From Paraspadella gotoi (lineage: Eukaryota > Animalia > Chaetognatha), in the NCBI GenBank assembly GCA_051294375.1, contig JBJCIZ010000098.1, positions 1 through 5,569 on the forward strand: DNA of 5,569 nt, given 5' to 3'. Within the stretch, counting starts at the first letter, position 1; each line of letters opens with the position of its first letter. Made by a program: the position numbers and the translations under genes. A model generated the notes under the pieces. The model saw nothing but the letters and a program-made list of their open reading frames with translations, searched no databases and was not told where the DNA came from. This document shows positions 1 to 5,569 of this stretch, piece after piece.

Positions 1-23
1 TGCTAGGGCGTTCGCCATCTACA
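1..23 (+). repeat. 3' end (U5) of the 5' LTR
   Basis: Ends ...CATCTACA, followed by a 2-nt spacer (AC) and the TGG of the PBS, the canonical LTR/PBS junction. No second LTR copy in the window to confirm it. Confidence 0.75.
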
Positions 24-25
24 AC

Positions 26-38
26 TGGTGAGCCCGAC
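26..38 (+). promoter_or_regulatory. Primer binding site, tRNA-Trp type
   Basis: TGGTGAGCCCGAC matches 12/13 of TGGTGACCCCGAC, the complement of the 3' end of animal tRNA-Trp (...GUCGGGGUCACCA); it sits 2 nt after the LTR-terminal CA. Confidence 0.85.
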
Positions 39-77
39 TTTAGAACAAACAACCAACCTTCTGTAAATTCAAAAACT

Positions 78-162
78 ATCTGCTGCCTCAGAAACTTATT
101 CTACAAATAATAGACTATGATCTCGCTGCCTTAGACATTTTATCCTACAAATAATAGCCTAT
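78..162 (+). repeat. Imperfect two-copy tandem repeat (~43-nt period) in the 5' leader
   Basis: 78-118 ATCTGCTGCCTCAGAAACTTATTCTACAAATAATAGACTAT versus 120-162 ATCTCGCTGCCTTAGACATTTTATCCTACAAATAATAGCCTAT; exact core CTACAAATAATAG at 101-113 and 145-157. Confidence 0.9.
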
Positions 163-186
163 TTCTCTCTCTTAACTGAATTTCGA

Positions 187-381
187 ATGAAAGAAGAAAT
201 CAAGAGGCCAAATCCAATCTCAAACAACTCCACTGGGGAAAAACGGCGCCAACGGATTAATACCTTCCCTCAGGTAGGCAAGTCTATGAAATTTAAGCTG
301 TTTATGCTTGCCTCTCTCTCACACTCCGTTTCTCCTATCCACTCCCTCAACCCTCAAACTTCTCTCAACGCCATCGAATGA
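187..381 (+). other. Upstream ORF (64 aa) whose TGA overlaps the gag ATG (ATGA)
   Basis: ATGs at 187, 286 and 304 share one frame that stops at TGA 379-381, overlapping ATG 378-380. No recognisable homology; translation is unproven. Confidence 0.35.
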
Positions 382-1475
382 GTGGTCCCGCCGGCAACAC
401 TCGCGCCCGCCTGGCGCAACCCAGCGAATCCGGCGACGCCTCTCCACGCCGACTCGACCAGCCTGGTCATCTCGCGCCGACCCAGGGACTCGGATTTGGA
501 AGAGGTCGTCGATCTCCTAACGTCATCGCATCACAATCGAATTTCCCTTTTCCGGCCACGCCTCCAACTGCCGACCAAATGGCGACGGCAGAAGTTCCCG
601 ATCCACACGCGGATTTAGTGAAGACCCTCGCCGCCACGCTCGCGGCGTCACTCCAAGGCCTCGCCATCAAGAAGCCCAAACTACCGGACTTCGACGCCGA
701 CAACGTCGACCTCTGGATTCAGAGAATAGAGGCTGCATATACGCGTGCAGGCACGACATCTGCGAAGGAACGATTCGCCCATCTGGAGGATAAATTCTCT
801 GTGGATTTTAATCCACGAATTAACGCCTTCCTTTTCGGCGCCGCGACCGACGCCCGCTGGGTAGAATTCCTCGACTATCTCCGTTCGGAATACGGTCGTA
901 CTCGTTCTCAACAAGCAGCTTCATTGATTGACGGGACGCGGCGTGAAGGACGCCGCCCCTCGCAGCTCCTGGCTATCATGAAAGAGAAAGCTGGAAAAGT
1001 CAGCGTTGACGACATTCTCAAGGAGCTCCTGCTCAGGGAACTCCCGGCAGAAGTACAGCGCAGCCTGGCAGAACGCGTCGAAACGGTCGACGCTGAAACA
1101 GCTGCACGCTTCGCCGATGCATACTTCGACAAAGAAGGGAAAACCCTTCACCCAGTGTCTACCAATCCGATCTACTCCGTCCAACCGCCTATTCCGCCGC
1201 TTATGCAGGACGAGATGCAGCAACAGGACGACGTCAACGCCATAAATCGGCAGCGCAACGCCAAATTCACTCGACGCCCACAAAATAATTTCAAACGCCC
1301 GGCGAATGCTGAAAAAGCGCCGACTACGCAACAGCAGCATCAGCAGCAGCAATCAAAGACTCAACGCGTCGAAATTTGTTTCTACCATCGAAAGTTTGGC
1401 GATGCCGCCAAAAACTGTGAGCCCGGGTGCTACCGACACCAACAGGAAAACTGGCGGGCCGGCGGGCGGAAGTGA
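378..1475 (+). CDS. gag: Gag polyprotein (capsid-like region plus CHCC nucleocapsid knuckle)
   Basis: 365-aa ORF between PBS and pol; KLPDF...LWIQRIEAAY...ERFAHL resembles the conserved N-terminal block of CsRn1-type Gag; RPSQLL motif; C-terminal CFYHRKFGDAAKNCEPGC. Alternative in-frame start at ATG 579. Confidence 0.92.
   Translation: MSGPAGNTRARLAQPSESGDASPRRLDQPGHLAPTQGLGFGRGRRSPNVIASQSNFPFPATPPTADQMATAEVPDPHADLVKTLAATLAASLQGLAIKKPKLPDFDADNVDLWIQRIEAAYTRAGTTSAKERFAHLEDKFSVDFNPRINAFLFGAATDARWVEFLDYLRSEYGRTRSQQAASLIDGTRREGRRPSQLLAIMKEKAGKVSVDDILKELLLRELPAEVQRSLAERVETVDAETAARFADAYFDKEGKTLHPVSTNPIYSVQPPIPPLMQDEMQQQDDVNAINRQRNAKFTRRPQNNFKRPANAEKAPTTQQQHQQQQSKTQRVEICFYHRKFGDAAKNCEPGCYRHQQENWRAGGRK
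1329..1352 (+). repeat. Short CAG/CAA repeat encoding QQQHQQQQ in Gag
   Basis: CAACAGCAGCATCAGCAGCAGCAA, in frame in gag just before the knuckle. Confidence 0.8.
1377..1430 (+). other. Gag Cys-His box, C-X2-H-X9-C-X3-C (CHCC)
   Basis: Translation C-FY-H-RKFGDAAKN-C-EPG-C; this spacing is the described CsRn1-lineage variant rather than retroviral CCHC. Confidence 0.9.
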
Positions 1476-4400
1476 ATGCCGTCCCAGCCGGCCAAACAAT
1501 CGACTCCAAAGACTCACTACTCTTCGTCTACGACGCCGACAACCACCTCAACTGGCTTGTCGATGGCGGCGCCACCGTCTCCATTATCCCTCCAACGAAG
1601 AGAGAACGGGAAAATGGAGAGATCTCTACAAAACTAAAGGCAGCAAACGGCTCTCACATCGCTTGTTTCGGCTACAGGGACGTACAGGTCCGTCTCGGCA
1701 GCCGACGTTTCTACTTTACAATGACTATCGCCGATGTGACGCAACCAATACTTGGCTCTGACTTTTTAGCGGAGCATTATCTGGCCCCGAACCATCGCGA
1801 CGGATTTTTATTTGACCTGCAGGACTTTAGTACTATCGTAGCGTCAAAAGCAAATAAAAAGCATACAATTCGAGTAAATTTCGTCCACCAAGCGGACGAC
1901 CCGTACTACAAACTACTCGACACTTATCACGATTTGTGTACGCCTTCTTTTAAACCAACGGAACCCAAACACGGCGTGAAACACTACATCCCTACTACCG
2001 GTCGACCAGTGCAATCACGAGCCCGTAGACTTGCGCCCGACAAACTCGCCGTCGCTAAAAAAGAACTCGATAAGCTCTGCGAACTTGGAATCGCCCGCCG
2101 CGCCAAAAGCGAGTGGGCGTCGCCACTTCTTGTCGTCAACAAGCCCGACGGAGGATATCGAGTCTGTGGCGATTTCAGACGCCTCAACAACGCAACACTG
2201 GATGACAAGTACCCTGTAAAGACACTGAACGACTTCAACGCCAATCTGAGCGGCAAGAAGGTCTTCAGTAAGATAGACTTATTAAAGGGGTACCACCAAA
2301 TTCCCATCGCCGAACAAGACGTCGCTAAAACCGGCGTCATAACCCCATTCGGGTTATATGTTTTCCCGAGGACCCCGTTCGGCCTAAAGAACGCGGGTCA
2401 AGACTTTCAGCGTCTCATGGATGAGATTTTGGATGGCCTCCCTTTCGTTTTCGTCTATATCGACGATATTCTGGTGGCCTCCAAAACTCATCAGGAGCAC
2501 GAGCAACATCTACGCGAAGTCTTTGACACTCTCCACCAGAACGGATTAGTCGTCAATCGACAAAAGTGTGTCCTGGGGAAACCAGAGCTCGATTTCCTAG
2601 GATACAGAGTCGACTGCAACGGCATCTCCCCTCTACCCGACCGAATCTCCGCGATCAACGAGACGACGCCTCCGACTACAATCAAGGAACTTCAGCGATT
2701 CCTCGGTTTAGTAAATTACTATAGGCGATTCATCTCTCGCTCAGCACATCACCTGTATCCTCTCTTTGAAGCGCTGAAGACGAAAACGAGGCCACGCACG
2801 CTAGATTGGACGCCAGAATGCCAGAAATCATTTGAGGCGATCAAAATCGCGTTGTCACAAGCGACAATGCTCGCTCATCCACGCCCCGAAGCTCCACTGG
2901 CAATTACTTCTGACGCCTCCAACACTGCCATCGGCGCAGTATTGGAACAACGAGGTCCCAAGGGCTGGGAGCCCTTGGCATTTTTTTCTGCCAAGCTCCA
3001 GAAAAATCAACAACTATGGCCCCCATTCGATCGCGAATTACTCGCCGCATGGCGAGCCATTCGCCACTTCAAACCAATGATCGAAGGTAGAAACTTTACG
3101 CTTTACACGGACCATAAATCGTTAGTTCCCGCTCTCGCTAAAAAAACCGAGCCCCATACGGCCCGTCAGACTTACCAATTGGCTGGAATAGCCGAATACA
3201 CGACCGATATTCAATATCTGGCTGGAAAGGCCAATGTCGTAGCAGATTCGCTGTCCCGACCAAACGTAGAGAAAGAACCAAATCCAAATCCCCCTTCTCC
3301 TCCCCCCTCCCCTTCCCCCATCCCTCAATCTCTCTTCCCTTCTTTCTCTGCCCCCAAATCCAACCCTCCTCCGATAGTCGCGTCGATCGACAAGGAAGTT
3401 CCGTCAGAAAAACATCAACTCCTTGATCAACTCGCCTTCTCGATATTACAGCACGGCATCGACTTAGAAAAAATGGCAATCGATCAACCACTCGACGCCG
3501 AGTATCAACGCATCGCGACCGACGCTTCCTCCGGCCTCCGTTTTCGAAAAATCCCTTTAGGAACAACCTCACTCATCGTTGACGTCAGCAACGGCCCTCC
3601 ACGCCCATTTGTCCCGTTCTCGTGGCGCAGACGCGTCTTCGACGCCATTCATAACCTCGGACATCCCGGCGTCGAAAGAACGAGACAAACAATAGCTGAG
3701 AAATTCGTCTGGACGGCCATGCGCTCAGAAACTGCGAAATGGGCCAGAGAATGCCAAGAATGTCAACGCGCCAAAGTTACGCGGAACACCGTACCCGAAA
3801 TCGGCGTCTTCGAATTGCCTGAGCGCCGTTTCAGCCATGTACATGTGGACATAGTAACATTGCCCCCGTCAAACGGCTTTAACTACATTCTTACGGCCGT
3901 CGATCGATTTACTCGATGGCCCATAGCCATCCCAATCAAGGACATCAACGCCAAGACCGTCGCCGACGCCTTCGTCCACGGATGGGTGGCATCTTTTGGC
4001 GTCCCGACCACCGTCACTACGGATCGAGGATCCCAATTTTTATCTTCAACTTGGACTCAATTACTCAAGTCATGGGGAATATCTCACAATCTGACTACTT
4101 CTTACCATCCACAATCCAATGGACTTGTCGAGCGATTCCATCGCCGGTTAAAGGAGTCGCTGATCGCCCTCGGCGCCGATACCGAGGGCGACTGGTACTG
4201 GCGCCTTCCATGTTCTCTCCTCGCCATTAGAACGACACTGAAACCCGACGTAGGAGCGACACCAGCTGAGCTAGTTTACGGCGAGGGCATCGCTATCCCC
4301 GGCGACATCCTCGCGGCGCCCAACGTCAGCGACGCCAACGAACGCGAGCAACGCCGCAGAACCCTCGCCAATCTACGCCTCGAGGTATCGCGCCTGCAAC

Positions 4401-4792
4401 CTATTCCCACAACGACGCATCGTCAACCACGCGTACATGTTCCAAATTCACTCCGCAACGCAACATATGTCTTCGTCAGACGCGGTGGCGTGGCGCCAAC
4501 GCTGGCGGCGCCTTACTTAGGCCCATACCGCGTCATCTCTCGAAGTGATCTAACTTATAAAATCGCGATTCCAGGTCGAGCAAACGAAAATATATCGATC
4601 TCTCGCCTCAAACCGGCGTTCGAAGCCGACGACGACGCCACGGGCGGCGCCAGCGCTCCCAACTTCCCGTCGACGCCTCCCTCACCTCCACCTCCGGGTC
4701 GTCGACCCGGAATTCGCACGCGTATACCGCCGGCATCGAGTCGAGTCCTCCGATCTCACGCGAATCAAAATCAGAATCGGGATTCGTCTCCT

Positions 4793-4824
<32 letters not shown>

Positions 4825-5050
4825 TCCTCCTCCCTCTCTTCCCCCTCCCCCTCCCCACTTCCCCCGTACCTCCACTTCCCTACTCAACACCTTTCTCCCC
4901 TCGCGATTTCCCCCCTTTAAATCGAAATATAAACAATGGATCACGAAACGTAAACAAAGACGCTACAAACGTAAACAAACAAGAATTACAAGAAACAAAC
5001 GACGCCGGGAGCAATCAATTACCGGCGCCGGACGACGCTGGACCCGTTAA
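1427..5050 (+). CDS. pol: Pol polyprotein (aspartic protease, reverse transcriptase, RNase H, integrase), expressed as a Gag-Pol fusion; C-terminus may really extend to 5207
   Basis: 1207-codon uninterrupted frame with LVDGGA, WASPL, DFRRLN, KIDLLKGYHQI, PFGLKNA, YIDD, FLGY, DAS...DRELLA...TDH...ADSLSR, HHCC, D-D35-E and GPY motifs. The GTG at 1427 is unlikely to be a real start; entry is at ~1452 by frameshift. Confidence 0.97.
1445..1493 (+). promoter_or_regulatory. Programmed -1 ribosomal frameshift signal (gag to pol)
   Basis: Heptamer G_GAA_AAC (1445-1451) in the gag frame, 5-nt spacer, then a hairpin GGCCGGC-GGG-CGG (1457-1469) / CCG-t-CCC-a-GCCGGCC (1479-1493) with 13 G-C pairs. Pol is in the -1 frame, open from 1421, with no ATG until 1721, downstream of the protease active site. 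Confidence 0.85.
1520..1790 (+). other. Retropepsin-like aspartic protease domain (approximate limits)
   Basis: WLVDGGATVSIIP (catalytic Asp 1562-1564), LKAANGS flap region, ILGSDFL. Confidence 0.88.
2030..2620 (+). other. Reverse transcriptase core (approximate limits)
   Basis: SEWASPLLVV (W at 2114), YRVCGDFRRLN, FSKIDLLKGYHQIP, PFGLKNAGQDFQR, YIDD at 2456-2467, FLGY at 2594. Confidence 0.97.
2894..3259 (+). other. Ty3/Gypsy RNase H domain
   Basis: SDASNTAIGAVL (Asp 2912), DRELLA, YTDHKSL (Asp 3110), NVVADSLSR (Asp 3245). Confidence 0.95.
3590..4621 (+). other. Integrase (HHCC zinc finger, DDE core, GPY/F module); no chromodomain
   Basis: H3650-X3-H3662-X29-C3752-X2-C3761 (nucleotide positions); Asp 3848 (HVDIV), Asp 4022 (TDRGSQF), Glu 4130 (NGLVER) with D-35-E spacing; PYLGPYRV at ~4511-4534; ISRLKPAF ending at 4621. 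Confidence 0.96.
4787..4856 (+). repeat. 70-nt pure pyrimidine (CCT)n/poly-C tract encoding polyproline
   Basis: No purine from 4787 to 4856; (CCT)7 at 4796-4816; encodes P13-S-L-P5 in the pol frame. Confidence 0.95.
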
Positions 5051-5207
5051 AACGCCAACGTCACGGATTCCCCTTCAAACTTTCTCAAAACCGACGCCCG
5101 AAAATTTTTCTTTTCGAGCGTCAACTCGTCCAGCTCCAAGTATCAACTCAACTCGACGATCTTATGCAGCTGTCCTAGCTCACGTCCTTGGACACCTCGA
5201 GGATAAG
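4857..5207 (+). CDS. Candidate true or alternative Pol C-terminal segment in the +1 frame (116 codons, no ATG)
   Basis: Frame is stop-free from 4554 to TAA 5205-5207; from 4857 it reads TSPVPPLPYSTPFSPRDFPPLNRNINNGSRNVNKDATNVNKQELQETNDAGSNQLPAPDDAGPVKTPTSRIPLQTFSKPTPENFSFRASTRPAPSINSTRRSYAAVLAHVLGHLGG*. The sequence turns AT-rich shortly after this stop rather than after 5050. Confidence 0.6.
4946..4979 (+). repeat. 13-nt direct repeat with 21-nt period
   Basis: AAACGTAAACAAA at 4946-4958 and 4967-4979; the spacing is a multiple of three. Confidence 0.8.
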
Positions 5208-5569
5208 GACCTACCTACTCAACAAACTCAAACGGGTCAGTGATTTTTACTTACTCGTTTCACCGCTTTAAAATTAACCTATTTTCCAAACTTTAAATAC
5301 GAATTTTTTTTCGTATCGCTTCGATCAGCCAATTTTCGGCACAATTCGTTAAGTACCCAATTACCGTTTTTATATTGTTACTGCCATTATTCTTAACGGC
5401 AAAGACTATCATCAAAAATTTTGTTATATTCATCATCCTCACACCCGTTACTATCTTTTACTTATTTAAAATTAACACAAAGTGTTAAATTTTTACCTAA
5501 TTAATTTTGAAATCAGTAGTTTTTACGATACAAAGCATTTTAGATAAAACTCACGCCAAAACATTTTTT
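5208..5569 (+). other. AT-rich non-coding region (3' UTR of the element or flanking host DNA)
   Basis: No ORF in the track, many A/T runs, a few short inverted repeats; no G-rich PPT followed by TG and no copy of positions 1-23. Confidence 0.55.

Larger units (their letters stand above)
1..5569 (+). mobile_element. Ty3/Gypsy LTR retrotransposon, probably CsRn1 lineage; partial (most of the 5' LTR, the PPT and the 3' LTR are not in the window)
   Basis: Layout LTR end-PBS-gag-pol; pol domain order PR-RT-RH-IN is the Gypsy order; the CHCC Gag knuckle and tRNA-Trp-type PBS are hallmarks of CsRn1/Kabuki/Boudicca elements. The right boundary is uncertain beyond ~5207. Confidence 0.95.

Noticed and set aside
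78-162. CRISPR-like reading of the leader repeat
   Set aside because: Two adjacent degenerate copies with no unique spacers, no cas genes, and a eukaryotic retroelement context.
234-240. TGGGGAA as a calicivirus-type TURBS motif for reinitiation
   Set aside because: Not the exact UGGGA core and about 140 nt from the stop-start site, farther than typical.
271-279. Splice-donor-like CAG/GTAGGC in the uORF
   Set aside because: The acceptors I tried (AG at 381-382, 1444-1445, 1486-1487) do not join the uORF productively to gag or pol; no support without RNA data.
921-1352. 143-aa minus-strand ORF, plus the other antisense ORFs at 467-703, 681-914, 908-1132, 1324-1509, 1984-2340 and 2491-2685
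   Set aside because: Shadows of GC-rich gag/pol coding sequence with no recognisable motifs.
1413-1425. PBS-like AACTGTGAGCCCG inside gag
   Set aside because: Only 9 contiguous nt match the PBS, it lacks the TGG needed to pair with tRNA CCA, and it is explained by the N-C-E-P codons of the knuckle.
1427-1429. GTG start assigned to pol by the ORF track
   Set aside because: Eukaryotic element; the frameshift cassette 18 nt downstream explains pol expression better.
1306-1761. 151-aa alternate-frame plus-strand ORF across the gag-pol junction (also 308-520, 382-618, 1006-1245, 2031-2219, 2832-3080, 3916-4230)
   Set aside because: Arg/Ser-rich off-frame translations of well-supported coding regions; no domain signal.
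3138-3572. 144-aa minus-strand ORF (and 3122-3328)
   Set aside because: Its G/R/E/K-rich content is just the reverse complement of the proline-rich linker.
5290-5330. Hammerhead-like CTGA..GA plus hairpin on the minus strand
   Set aside because: Core reads CTGATCGA rather than CTGANGA and no GAAA closes the stem; flanking helices are absent.
5325-5436. Minus-strand box C (ATGATGA) and box D (CTGA) spaced like a C/D snoRNA
   Set aside because: No convincing terminal stem or recognisable rRNA guide; such short motifs are expected by chance in AT-rich DNA.
4622-5569. env gene or chromodomain downstream of integrase
   Set aside because: No signal peptide, transmembrane segment or aromatic-cage pattern in the frames read, and no long ORF after 5207.

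Overview
The window is almost entirely one eukaryotic Ty3/Gypsy (Metaviridae) LTR retrotransposon on the + strand, most likely of the CsRn1/Kabuki/Boudicca lineage. In order: the last ~23 nt of the 5' LTR (ending ...CTACA), a tRNA-Trp-type primer binding site (26-38), a ~340-nt leader with a ~43-nt tandem duplication and a uORF whose stop overlaps the gag start (ATGA), gag (378-1475; C-X2-H-X9-C-X3-C knuckle), a -1 frameshift cassette (G_GAA_AAC plus a GC-rich hairpin), and pol (protease-RT-RNase H-integrase, catalytic residues intact, atypical DGG protease motif). After integrase comes a long proline-rich tail. An ATG-less +1 frame missing from the ORF track (open 4554-5207) looks like the true or an alternative Pol C-terminus, reached by a shift in the poly-C/CCT tract. 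The last ~360 nt are AT-rich and non-coding, and no polypurine tract or 3' LTR is visible. This is a known class of element with several unusual details; I see no evidence for a wholly new system.
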